Counted from the whole stretch's first letter, positions 1-12,209 are shown. The stretch: 62,943 bases of DNA, filler included, from Catajapyx aquilonaris (GCA_000934665.2; 2 parts of 2 records of this genome joined end to end with filler, not necessarily neighbours in it), one strand, 5' to 3'. Notes: generated by a model not told the origin, from the letters alone. A program made the numbers and translations.

Positions 1-508
1 GTACTTAAGTCATTCTTGTTAGTGACTTCTGGTAGCGTGTATTATATTGCAGTGAATGAAACTACAGGTAGCTTCTCACATCCTTCTAACGACTTTCCAA
101 TTTCGCAGTGAAGCTTCTGGGCACAGTAATATGCCTGTATAGTAGTATTACTGATCTAAGGTGTTGACGGACTGATTATTATAGAGTGTGCGGCGGGGAG
201 GGGGACGTGAGTCATGAAATGTTGCTATGTACTAAGTAATTACCATTTTTAATATTACTGTATACTGCAGAAAAACAATTATTTGGAGTCTAAAATCATC
301 TAACCAAAAGATTGTCCTTTTCAATTTTCCCGAAAATTCAACCCTTTTGCGGCAGTGTTTAACCTTAATATTAAATTTTTATTTTATTTTTCCCTTAATC
401 TACATACCATAGAACATATTTCCTTCATAGGTAGGTTTTGATTAATAAGATATATTTTTTCTCCATACAAGCGCGATCCACCCTATTACACATGCATCTA
501 AGTACAAG

Positions 509-952
509 TATCATTGGAACGCTGTAATTAATTGCGGAACACCTGTGATTAACATTAGAATGAATGTGATTATCATTTGGAACGCCTGTAATTAACTGCG
601 GAACACCTGTGATTAACATTAGAATGTATGTGATTATCATTGGAACGCCTGTAATTAACTGCGGAACACCTGCGATTAAAATTAGAATGCATGTGATTAT
701 CATTGGAACGCCTGCCATTNAATGAATGTGATTATCATTGGAACGCCTGCCATTAACTGCGGAACACCTGCGATTAAAATTAGAATGCATGTGATTATCA
801 TTGGAACGCCTGCCATTAACTGCGGAACACCTGCGATTAAAATTAGAATGCATGTGATTATCATTGGAACGCCTGCCATTAACTGCGGACCACCTGCGAT
901 TAAAATTAGAATGCATGTGATTATCATTGGAACGCCGGTAATTAACTGTGCT
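509..952. repeat. Tandem minisatellite, 63-bp unit built of three related 21-bp subunits, about 7 copies
   Basis: ATCATTGGAACGCCTGCCATTAACTGCGGAACACCTGCGATTAAAATTAGAATGCATGTGATT recurs at 734, 797 and 860. ORF translations here have a 21-aa period. One N at 720. Confidence 0.95.
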
Positions 953-1010
953 ACATCCATCAATACGCGATGAACAGCGTTATTATCCGCTAGAGCAGAG
1001 TAGCAGCTCT

Positions 1011-1093
1011 AGTAGCGGCGACTGGTGAGGCATGAATAGCGCCTAATCACATCTGTGTCTCTGCTGGTGATCGGAATGCACCCTCACAAGATG
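1011..1093 (+). promoter_or_regulatory. Conserved upstream cassette, array unit 1 (YY1 site degraded to AAGATGGGT)
   Basis: AGTAGCGGCGACT..AATAGCGCCTA..GGTGATCGGAATGCACCC..CAAGATGG; same motif order as the other units. Confidence 0.65.
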
Positions 1094-1159
1094 GGTGAAA
1101 TAGCTGACCTGATTGGGATTCACCTTTGTTTGATTAGCTGACCGGCAATTTGCAGGACC

Positions 1160-1720
1160 ATGTCACAGGTAGTGTGGATAAAGCAGGAAGAGTGGGAGGA
1201 GGAGGAGGAAGATGAAGAAGGAACAGTTACACTCCAGGGGACCTTGAAGGAGGAGACACCGTCTTTTTTTGATGGTGACTCTCCTCTCATAGAAGACACA
1301 ATTCCAGTGGTAAAACAGGAGCCAGAGGATGAGGAGGAGGACGAAGAAATGGTGGTGGCCATGTCCAAGGAGGCTGAAGATGAAGATGACCCTTTGGCAG
1401 TTACATCCAGAAGGATTCAGCAGGCATGTAAGATCTTAGGTGTATCACAAGATTGTTTATCTATAATTTCACAGTCTTAGGTGCCAGATAGAGGTTGTCG
1501 ACAGTCACCGTCAATGTCAAAGGAAGCGATACGAAAGAGGGAAGCCAGAGCCAGAGAGAGTGTAGAAGAGAAAAGAGCAAGACTGGAACAGCAAGCGAGA
1601 AGGCAAGCTGCTGCAGTAAAGCGGGAAACTCCAGAACAAAGGAAGGAACGACTTGAACGAAAGGCAGAGAGGCGGAGAGAAAGGATCAGTCGGAAAACAC
1701 ACGAGCAGAGTTTGGTTTGA
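1160..1720 (+). pseudogene. Array unit 1: acidic DDPL exon plus truncated STPR-repeat exon (probable pseudogene or truncated gene)
   Basis: Exons 1160-1423 and 1481-1720. The donor is GC where paralogs have GT. About 2.3 23-aa repeats (ESVEEKRARL.., ETPEQRKERL..) end at a premature TGA. Decayed zinc-finger sequence follows at about 1890-2540. Confidence 0.65.
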
Positions 1721-2125
1721 ATACAAAGGTGAGCTCAGATTATTGCAAGCGTATGTGATTGAGAATCCCACTGAGACCAAAAAAAAAAAACAAGCAATGA
1801 CGGAGATTAATGCAACAAGTTAGTGACCTATTTATTGTAGGTAAGCCCAAGTATTTGACCCAGAAATAGTTAAAAAGACTTCTAGAATGGGATCTGAAAA
1901 TTCATGTGCATGTTCATTCAAGTGAAAAGTCATTTTTGTTGTCAAGTTTCACTAATGAAATTTGAGTTGGGGAGTGGTTTGAGAACTCACTTGAAAATAT
2001 GGACTGGTGAGACAACTTACACTTGCCCAATTTGACCAAAACAGTTTGGCAATGAAAGTCATTTGAAATTTCAAATGTGTAGGCATGTATGGGGCTAACC
2101 ATATACTTTCAAATATAGCTTGATA

Positions 2126-2350
2126 GGGGGAGGTGCGGTGGCCGAGATGGTAAAGTCTCGCCTTGCTGAGTGATAGGTCCCAGGTTCGATCCCTGCCTGG
2201 GAGTTCCCTTTCACCTGCATCAGGAGGGCCTCTGACCCACACCTTGAAGGTGTCTGGCAACCTAGCCTGAGCCTGGGGAACAGCATATGACCCCTTTTCA
2301 GACATTGCACTTGCACCCTCGTTCCCGCCCCAACAATCCTTACCCAATGA
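2126..2350 (+). mobile_element. tRNA-derived SINE inserted in decayed zinc-finger sequence
   Basis: A box TGGCCGAGATGG at 2139-2150 and B box GGTTCGATCCC at 2183-2193, followed by a GC-rich body. The 3' end is approximate. Confidence 0.7.
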
Positions 2351-3035
2351 CCTTGATTTCCCTGCACCGGAGTTTGAAGTAGAAAAAGCAGATAATTGTC
2401 TGAGAAAAAATGGTGGTTTCCCACCCCCCTAAGAGAGCCAGGCTCTCTCACGGGGTTTTTTAAAAATTGCCTGAAGGAGTTTATTCAATGTGGCAATTTT
2501 AAAAAGCCACATGTGTGAAAGCACATATGGGAAAAATGAACCTATATGTAAGAGATGTCCTGGAAAAATGTACAATGGGAGCTTATTATTTTCACCTGTG
2601 AATACACATTAAGAAACGTCTGCTTTGACTGATTTCCAGAGAGTTTACAAAGACATTATTACAGAAGTGCATAGAAGAGGTAGCCTATAGTTTTTTATAA
2701 AGTGTGTGTCAGACTCACTTTTACTTTTTTACTACCACCCCTACTTGCAATTCTTTCATTTATTTCAGATTACCTGCACCATTTTATTGACCAGTTTTTC
2801 ACAAGGCAAACTGCAATAGCCCTCAATTAATTTCACAATCATTTTTCACATATTTGGTACTGTACGGGATGCCCAATCTCTATAAACTAGGCAACCCGTT
2901 GCCAAAATTTGCATGGAGACACGTGTCTGTAATCGGGGGTGATAACGGCACAATAATAATTAATTATCTTTCATCCAAATCCATCAGAACTAGTATTGAA
3001 TGGTGAAGAGCTATTAGTTCTTCGCAACGTTTAGG

Positions 3036-3122
3036 AGTAGCGGCGATTGTTCATGCAGAAATAGCGCTTAATACCATCTGTTTCTCTGTTGGTGATCGGA
3101 ATGCACCCTCACAAGATGGCCG
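3036..3122 (+). promoter_or_regulatory. Conserved upstream cassette, unit 2
   Basis: AGTAGCGGCGA..AATAGCGCTTA..GGTGATCGGAATGCACCC..AAGATGGCCG. Confidence 0.7.
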
Positions 3123-3190
3123 ACCAAACTGACCTGATTGGGATTCATCTTTGTTTGATTAGCTGATCTGCAGTTAATATTTACAGGACC

Positions 3191-3803
3191 ATGTCACATG
3201 TAGTCTGGATAAAACAGGAAGAGGCGGAGGAAGGGCCAGAGGAAGAAGAAGGAACAGTCACACTCCAGGGGACCTTGAAGGAGGAGACACCGTCTTGCTT
3301 TGATGGTGACTCTCCTCTCATACAAGACACTATTCCAGTGGTAAAACAGGAGCCAGAGGAGGAGGAGGAGGAAGAAATGGTGGTGGCCATGTCCAAGGAG
3401 GCTGAAGATGAAGATGACCCTTTGGCAGTTACATCCAGAAGGATTAAGCCGGTACGCAATCTGCTGTAGTCAGATGAAGACGTGGCTCTCAGGTGTATGA
3501 CAAGCTGCAATTATCCAATAAGTTATAACAATTTCACATACATGTTTTATTACCCAGGTTCAAAGTAGTGGGAGTGGCCACAATAAGCTACTGGTAATGT
3601 CGAACGAGGCGATACGAAAGAGGGAAGCCAGAGCCAGAGAGAGTGTAGAAGAGAGGAGAGCAAGACTGAAACAGCAGGCAAGAAGGCAAGCTGCTGCAAG
3701 AATGCGAGAAACCCCAGAACAAAGGATGGCACGACTTGAACGGGTGGCAGAGAGACGGAGAAAAAGGAGCAGTCGGAAAACACCTGAGGAGTCTTTGGTT
3801 TGA
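3191..3803 (+). CDS. Array unit 2: acidic DDPL exon plus truncated STPR-repeat exon
   Basis: Exons 3191-3451 (CCG|GTACGC) and 3558-3803 (CAG|GTT), phase 0. It carries the same premature TGA as unit 1 and may be a pseudogene. Confidence 0.65.
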
Positions 3804-4556
3804 CTTTATAAAAACTTACAGAGATTCTTGAAAGAATGTGTGATAGAGAGACAAAGACAAAGGCTTGTCTTCTTCGCTACCCCCTACTTCCCATTTCTTC
3901 ATTTATTTCCCATTATGTGAATTTATTCACCGGTATTAGATGAGACACTAGGAGCCCGCAATATTATTTCCATATTTTCATTTTTCAAATAATGGTACAA
4001 TATTACAGAACGTGATGTCCAATCTTTACAAATACAGCTGTGCATTAGTATTTATTAAAGTTTATTGAAATTGATGCTAGGTTCTCACTGTACTGCCCAA
4101 AATGAATAGTATTGTTCATCATGATATATGCTTCGCCTTGACCTCCTGCCTAATAATCCTGGCCAACTGTTCAAGGACGTGCCAATAAGGAAAAGCTCAC
4201 TCCAAACTGACAATATCAAGGGAAAAGTCCTGTTGTAGGCTATGGAATGAAGTATGTACTGAAATGAAGTGTTTAAGTTTAAATTGTGCCATCATCAGGC
4301 AGAATTCTATGAGACAGAATATTGCCCAAAAGTGGTTCTATCACTATTACAAAGAGTAAGCAATTATAGGTTTACATCTGCTAAGTCGTTGCTAAGTTTC
4401 TACCGCCAGACACATTTCAAGCAGAATAAATAAGCAGATCGACAGACATTACTTGGTCATGATCATTCATGTGTCCATTGATCTAAGTATGACCCCGAAT
4501 CCATCAGTTTTGATGATAAATAGTGAATAATGAAAAGAGCTATTAGCAGCATCACC

Positions 4557-4679
4557 AGTAGCGGCGACCTGTGAGGTTGGAATAGCGTTTAAACACTTGC
4601 CTCACTCTGGTTGTCATGCGAACGGTGATGCGAACGCGTCACAATTAGGAAAAAAAGAAAAAGAAATTAAAGATGGCCG
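4557..4679 (+). promoter_or_regulatory. Conserved upstream cassette, unit 3
   Basis: AGTAGCGGCGAC..AATAGCGTTTA..A-tract..AAGATGGCCG. Putative 5'UTR exon donor GAAGG|GTGAGT at 4840. Confidence 0.7.
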
Positions 4680-5068
4680 ACTGACGTTCGATCCCGTTCG
4701 TTGTGTGGAAGAATCCGAGGTTCCAGTGAATGGAACTCATCTTGAACCGGTTCGATTGCTGATTCTATCCTCGCGCCTTCAATCGGAGCTTTGCCCTTCT
4801 CGTTCTGGTCGAGGCGGAGGGTGACAAGGACGAGGAAGGGTGAGTGGAGGAGGACAAAAAGAGAGAAGAACGTCTCTTCGGCAGACAAAAGTTCCAGTCG
4901 GAAAACGAGACATTCAAAAATGTTCGATCAAAATGGGGATGTGTTTGACTAATTTGATTTATTTCATGCATTTCCTTGCTTACATCTAAGAGAAATGTTC
5001 ATCTGCAGCTGTCGTGATTGCGCCTTATTGACATGAGTACATGACCTGCACTTTTGTCTTGCAGGACC

Positions 5069-8000
5069 ATGGCGCAGGCAGTGTGGATTAAGATGGAAGA
5101 GGTGGAGGAAGGGGAAGAGGAAGATGGAACAATCACAGTTGAGGAGACGTGGCAGATTCCCTTGAAGGAGGAGACCCCATCTTGCTTCGATGGTGGCTCG
5201 ACTCTCATTGAAGACACGCTTCGTGAGATCAAAGAGGAGGAAGCGGAGGAGGTGGTGGAAGAGGAGGAGGAGGAGGAAGAGATGACACTGACCTTGCCTG
5301 ATGTGGTTGAATATGAGCATGACCCTTTATCAGTTAGACCCAGAAGGATTAATCGGGTATGTCATCTGTCGATATAGCAATGTAATTTACATATGGTTAC
5401 ATCAGTTTTACTTGCACCGCCGTGTACTCAACCTTGATGCTAGTCCACATCTACATTGATATACTTTGCAGATTTTGTTAGGATAAAGTGTAGGTCTAAT
5501 TAGGCAGGTTAGCCACTGGAGATGTGTCCACTGGCTATTGCTTTATTGGTGTCACTATACATAGCAAGTGTGTGGGAGTACAGTGTGTTCAACCACTTTG
5601 CAGGAATGGTCTTATACTCTTTTCACATGTTCTTTCTTCACTTTCCATTCAGTTTTATGCACATGTCTTGACACTTGCCACTCAGAGCAATCCCACATGA
5701 TATTTGTTCAAATACCTAAGAAGAAGAAGAAATCCTTATTAATAAAAAGAGGACACAGTTTGTATAGGTGGCACACCCTTCGACCCTACATCATCGTTTT
5801 GTTTACAGACTCCAAGTCAACGGAAATCTGCCAAACGTACCCCTGGAACCGCTCGCTTTTCAAGTTTCCGTGGAAATGCCTTCACACAACAATTGGAGAA
5901 TGACTGTCCTTTGTTCATTGTTTACGGCCATTTGTTACATGAGGGCATTTCCATGGAAACTTGAAAAGTGGGTGTTTCCAGGAGTAGGCTACATTCAGCA
6001 GATTTCCGTTGACTAGAAGTTGGTAAAGAAAATTATTATGATTCAAGTAAGGGCATGCCGCCTATACATATGTATGTCACGTTTTGTATTGCCAAAGCAA
6101 CCGTTGTTGACAACCAAAGAGTTCTGCTGTAATAGAAACGACTCGGGGTGAAATGTGGAGGCAGGCAGCCATCTTTACATGTGTCATAATGTTGGACTTA
6201 ATTGTTGTCCCAGTAGCTAGACAACTGTCGCAGAATGTTTAGATTCAGTAGTTGTTATGTAGGAGCCCAAACCAGTAGTTTAGTTCCGGCTCAGTACTAA
6301 AGCCGCTTTAACATGTGAGTGACTTGATGAGAGAAGTCTTCGCCGAGCGATAACATCAATGAGTAACCAATATTGTTTGAGGTGAAAGTGACAATCAATT
6401 TTCGCCTCAAACAACACTGGTTACTCAGGTTGCTCAGCGATGTTACCACTCTTTTCGGACCCCACCATATTTTAATTTTTATTCATTATTATATAATACT
6501 TTCCAATGTAGTGACTATATACAATCATTCTTTGAACAATGCCTAAAAGGATCGCTCATTCAAAATAAACCTGCACTTCCTGTTATATACTGTAAAAAAA
6601 TCGCAAAAGTTCATTGTAATTATCATTTTAATGCATTTTTTTCCTTGGGATCCAAAAAGACCCCACGGCACGGTTCCAGGGTTAAAAATCAGTAGCAATA
6701 TTGAGCAGGTTTGAACATGTATCATTAGCTGGGACTTTACTGAGGCACACTTGACTACTGCCAGCTCTTTAGCAGCAGAAGAACCTGCGGAAAAAATTAA
6801 AATGTAACAACTGTGGAGATGTCCCTGACAGGGGACGCCGGGCACATCTGGGTTAATACGATGATGATATCTAGCAGTCACAGTGTGTTACCAGACAACT
6901 TTGATGACTTTGTAATAAAGGGTGCTTTTTAATGACCACAGCCTGGAAAGCTCTGAAATGGAAATTGATGAACTGTAATTTTCGTTACAGGCAGTGCAAG
7001 AAAAAAATGATGAAGTGATGACAGGAACCCAGGGATTTAGGATCATTAGAACCCATGACGGAATGGGCCAGGAATTACTTGTTCCTGAAATTGATTTAGA
7101 AGTTTACATGCGAAACCGTCCTAGAGAGAGATATTTTCCTTGCCATATCTGCCAGGAAAAGTTCAACCAGGAAAGCCATTTACTAAAACACAAGAGAATT
7201 CACACTACCAAAAAAAAACATACTTGCAGGGTGTGCAAAAGTACATTTGTGACAGCAAATAGTTTTAAAAACCATAAGAAATTGCATGTAGGGCAGAAGA
7301 CATATGAATGTGAGGTGTGCGAGAAAAAGTTTCTTCTTGAAAAGCATTTGCGAAATCACCTGCTTAGATATAAAAGAGGGAAGCCATTGATTTGTGAGGT
7401 GTGCCAGAAGAAGGTTCACATAGCATATGATTTGAAACTTCACATGCGAAGTCATACAGGAGAGAAGCCATTTGTTTGTGAGGTGTGCCAGAAAATGTTT
7501 CGGTCAGCATATGATTTGAAAATCCACGTGCGAAATCATACGGGAGAGAGACCATTTCAATGTGAGGTGTGCCAGAAAAGGTTTCCGACAGCATATCTTA
7601 GGAAAAGGCACACGCATGTTCATCTGGATGTTCCTTCAGGAGAAAAACCATTTGTTTGTGAGGTGTGCCAGAAAACTTTTCGCTTAGCATACGAGCTGAA
7701 AATTCACATGAGATATCATACAGGAGAGAGACCATTTCAATGCGAGGTGTGCCAGAAAACGTTTCGGGCAGCATACGATTTGAAAATCCACATGCGATAT
7801 CACACAGGAGAGAGACCATTTCAATGTGAGGTGTGCCAGAAAAGGTTTCCGACAGCATATCTTAGGAAAAGGCACACGCATGTTCATCTGGATGTGCCTT
7901 CAGGAGAAAAGCCATTCCGTTGTCAAGTATGTCAAAAGGAATTTCAGAATGCAAGTAGTTTCAGCACTCATAAGAAAATACACACTGCAGGCACACCAGT

Positions 8001-8454
8001 CACTTGCCAAATATGCCAACAGCAATTGAAATGCGGAAGGAGTTTGAGCAGTCACATGAAAATTCACAGTGGGGAGAGACCACACACATGCAAAATTTGT
8101 CAAATGCAGTTCAGGCATAAAGGTAACATGACAATTCATATGCGAACACACACAGGGGAGAAACCATACTCCTGCAAATATTGCCAGAAGACATTTAGTC
8201 AATCATGTTCTGTGAAGGCACACATGCGAATGCACACAGGGGAGAAACCGTACACCTGCAAATATTGCCTGAAGAAGTTCAGTCAGCCAAGTTCTATTAA
8301 GATACACATGCAAGTCCACACAGGGGAGAAACCATACTCCTGCAAATATTGCCAGAAAACATTTAGCCAGTCAAGTAGCATGAGTGCACACCTGCGGATC
8401 CACACCACCAAAAAAACCAACTTAGATTTAAGAAGTGTTCTTGCAAAAGGGTAG
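5069..8454 (+). CDS. Array unit 3: acidic-domain C2H2 zinc-finger protein (15 fingers, one atypical)
   Basis: Exons 5069-5356 (CGG|GTATGT) and 6991-8454 (TTACAG|GCA), phase 0. CxxC..HxxxH repeats with TGEKP linkers. Confidence 0.9.
5763..6066. mobile_element. MITE family A (long inverted arms, TA ends)
   Basis: Termini TATAGGTGGCACACCCTT / AAGGGCATGCCGCCTATA. Internal arms GTCAACGGAAATCTGC / GCAGATTTCCGTTGAC. Confidence 0.8.
6360..6427. repeat. 28-bp near-perfect hairpin in the intron of unit 3
   Basis: TGAGTAACCAATATTGTTTGAGGTGAAA pairs with TTTCGCCTCAAACAACACTGGTTACTCA. Confidence 0.8.
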
Positions 8455-8808
8455 CATAGCAGGTCGCTGGAAATATCATCTGAGCATACACACAGAAAGG
8501 TCTGCTTTGTTGTAATAATTTTAACAGAGTTAATGATGACACTATGAGAAAACACGCAATGTTGATGTGCTGTTATCAATAAATGAGATTATGTTAACCT
8601 TGACTCTTTTGAAACACCTATCCCCACCCACTCTCCATCGACGCTCCATGTTGGGGTAAAGCAGTGCAACAGGTGTCAGCCAACATGCTTTCCGTATACC
8701 AGATGGGTATCGTAAGTGTTGGATGTGGAAAATGTAGGTTTTATGGTGTCTAAAATTTTATATTATTATATTATATTATTCGTTATTATATTAAATAGCA
8801 GCGTGACC

Positions 8809-8933
8809 AGTAGCGGCGACTGTTCAGGCATGAATAGCGCTTGATCACGTCCTTTTCTCTGTGGCGGTGATGGGAATGCACCCACAAAAAATGAAGGAGA
8901 AAAAAAAAAAAAATAGAACGTCAAAGATGGCCG
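8809..8933 (+). promoter_or_regulatory. Conserved upstream cassette, unit 4
   Basis: AGTAGCGGCGACT..AATAGCGCTT..GGTGATGGGAATGCACCC..A-tract..AAGATGGCCG. Confidence 0.75.
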
Positions 8934-9265
8934 CCTGTTTGTCGAGTGAAGCCCGTTGAATTGATCCAGATTCGTTCGATCGGCCTGGGAATTGGAACCC
9001 CCATCGCTGGAAGAAGGGGGTGGACTGGAGTGAAGAAGCCCCGGTGTTGGGCCCGGTGTTGATGGAAGAGGAAGGGTGAGTCGAAGGATATGATGGGACG
9101 AGGGAAGGGTGACCCACATTCCTCCACAGGAGGGAACGAGTCATCAAAATGTTCGATTAAGAATTTGCTTTAATGTTGTCTCTTGTTGCACGCAACGGAG
9201 AGGAATGTTCCTACTCTGTGGCTACCTTGATGGCATGGCCTCCGCACTCTTGTGTTTGCAGGACC

Positions 9266-11749
9266 ATGTCGCAGGCAGTGTGGATTAAGACGGAAGCGAC
9301 AGAGGAAGGGGAAGAGGAAGATGGAACAATCACAGCGGAGGAGACCTGGCCATCGCATTTCAAAGAGGAAATAGCCCCGGAATGGTTGGATAATGACGCT
9401 ACTCTCGTAGAAGACACCCTCTGTGAGATCAAGACCGAGCCGGCGGAAGAAGAGGAGGAGATGGAGGTGGCCATGTACCGGCAGGATGAAGATGACCCTT
9501 TGGCAGTTGCCTCTGGAAGGATTAGTCAGGTATGTCATCTGCTGATACCATGATGGAACTTACGATTACACCATTTTATAGGCGGCCCGCCCTTACTGCG
9601 ACTGTACGTCATCCTTTTGTTTACCGACTCCTAGTGAACGGAAATCTGCCAAACGCACCTCTGAAACCCCCCACTTTTCAAGTGCAACCTCACGCAACAA
9701 TATGGGTGAACAGTGCCAACAAAAAAGAACACTACTGTTCACTCCCATTGTTGCATGAGGACATCTCCAGGGAAACTTGTAAAGTAGGGGTTTCCAGAGG
9801 TGCGTTCGGCAGATTTCCGTTGACTAAGAGTCGGTAAACAAAAGGATGGCGTAAGGGCTTCCACGAATAGCCGTGTACTCGCGCTTTATTCAGGTCCACA
9901 TCGACAGTGATATTTTTGCAGATTTTTTCCTGTTAAAGGCTGGCCTAATTAGGCAGGTTAGCCACTGGAGATGCCCACTATTGGTTGAGTAGGGATCTGC
10001 CTAGGTTTGGCTACCACTATTTCTGCTGTGTCCATGCTTCCACATCCGAGTCCACTCCTCCCTCTCATCAACATTCAACCCATATGCGCATGGATTTCTT
10101 TGAAACATTCTCAAGCAGTTGGAGTATTCCCGTACATGCATTGCAGCCTGTCAATCTTACTATGGGAATATTTAAAGTGCTGAATATTAAGCTAATACTA
10201 ATGATGGTGGGAGAGGGGCTGCCAAGATTCCAAAACTTTCCTCTTATGGTCATGTGGAAAGGTTCTATATACTTTACCCACATGAGGTGTAGCATGGAAT
10301 TCGGAAGATCGGGGTAATTGGAGGGGGATCATTACCCGGAAGAATTTAAATGGATTGTGAAAATGTTCAAAGCTTTCAAATCATCCAAGTGTTCATAATT
10401 ATGTGGGGATGGGAAAATTCTCAACATCTTGCTACAACATATGTTATTTTCTTTTATATGAGAATGTCTGGCATTCACACTGTCTGGGGCATTTCGGGAC
10501 GACTTTGGCGACTTTGTAATAAAGGGTGCTTTGTAATGACTGTGGCTGGAAAGGTGTGCAAGAGCAACTCGTTAAAATGGAAATTGATGAACTGTAATTC
10601 CCATTACAGGCAGTGCAAGAGAAAGATGATGAAGTCTGTGTGATGACAGGAACACAGGAATCCTGGATCATCGGAGCAAATAATTTTAAAAACCACAAGC
10701 AATTGCATGTAGGGCAGAAGACATATGAATGTGAGGTGTGCGAGAAAAAGTTTCTTCTTGAAAAGCATTTGCAAAATCACCTGCAAAGATATAGAGGAAA
10801 GGAGCCATTGATTTGTGAGGTATGCCAGAAGAAGGTTCACATAGCATATGATTTGAAACTTCACATGCAAAGTCATACAGGAGAGAAGCCATTTGTTTGT
10901 GAGGTGTGCCAGAAAACGTTTCGTGTAGCTTATGATTTGAAAATCCACATGCGAAATCATACGGGAGAGAGACCATTTCAATGTGAGGTGTGCCAGAAAA
11001 GGTTTCCGACAGCATATCTTAGGAAAAGGCACATGGATGTTCATCGCGATGTTCCAGCAGAAGAAAGACCATTTGTTTGTGAGGTGTGCCAGAAAACATT
11101 TCAGAAAGAATACGATCTAAAAATTCACATGAGATATCATACGGGAGAGAGACCATTTCAATGTGAGGTGTGCCAAAAAACGTTTCATAAAGCATATGAT
11201 CTGAAAATTCACATGCATATTCATTCAGGAGAAAAACCATTCCGTTGTCAAGTTTGTCAAAAGGAATTTCAGAATGCAAGTAGTTTCAGCACTCATAAGA
11301 AAATACACACTGCAGGCACACCAGTCACTTGCCAAATATGCCAACAGCAATTGAAATGCGGAAGGAGTTTGAGCAGTCACATGAAAATTCACAGTGGGGA
11401 GAGACCACACACATGCAAAATTTGTGACATGCAGTTCAGGCATAAAGGTAACATGACAATTCATATGCGAACACACACAGGGGAGAAACCGTACACCTGC
11501 AAATATTGCCATAAGACGTTTAGTCAATCATGTTCTGTGAAGACACACATGCGAATGCACACGGGGGAGAAACCGTACACCTGCAAATATTGCCTGAAGA
11601 AGTTCAGTCAGCCAAGTTCTATTAAGATACACATGCAAGTCCACACAGGAGAGAAACCATACTCCTGCAAATATTGCGAGAAAAAGTTTAGTTATTCAAG
11701 TAGTATGAATGTACACATGCGGATCCACACAGACAAAGAACCAACCTAG
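9266..11749 (+). CDS. Array unit 4: acidic-domain C2H2 zinc-finger protein (12 fingers, one atypical)
   Basis: Exons 9266-9529 (CAG|GTATGT) and 10610-11749, phase 0. The finger exon is a close paralog of that in unit 3. Confidence 0.9.
9577..9858. mobile_element. MITE family A, second copy
   Basis: Starts with TATAGGCGGCCCGCCCTT and has the same inverted arms as 5763-6066. Confidence 0.8.
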
Positions 11750-12099
11750 ATGTAAGTGTCCCTGGAAAGGGGTGCAAGGTATTGGAAATATAAGCTGAGC
11801 CTGCACATAGAAATATTTGTTGTGCTGTAATGATTTCTACCGATTTTGTGATTGTGATTAGAAAGATCCGATGTAGATATGTTGTTAACAATAAATGATA
11901 TCATGCTAACCTTGACTTCAACTACCTCATCCCAGGGTGAAAGTACCCGAAAACTATTTAGATGGGATAATATTCAGCCCATGATCACGCCCATGACAGC
12001 AGAGAGCAGTTTGATGTGGTTGCCACTGGTCTTTTTCCATGGCAACCATCGCTGATATCTTGAATATCACTTGACCTGAATCCAGGAACCGTTATCACT

Positions 12100-12209
12100 A
12101 GTAGCTGCGACTAGCGAGATGGGGAATAGCGCTTAAACGCATCCTGCTCTTTGGTGGCGATGGGAATGCACCCCCCAAAAAATTAAAATGAGTCAATAAA
12201 AGATGGCCG
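12100..12209 (+). promoter_or_regulatory. Conserved upstream cassette, unit 5
   Basis: AGTAGCTGCGACT..AATAGCGCTTA..GGTGGCGATGGGAATGCACCC..AAGATGGCCG. Confidence 0.75.

Noticed and set aside
509..952. CRISPR array or repeat-protein ORFs
   Set aside because: There are no unique spacers, no cas genes, and the context is eukaryotic. The ORFs on both strands are by-products of a 63-bp period.
2126..2210. Functional tRNA gene
   Set aside because: A and B boxes are present, but I could not form a convincing acceptor or anticodon stem. It continues into a SINE-like body that interrupts fossil finger DNA.
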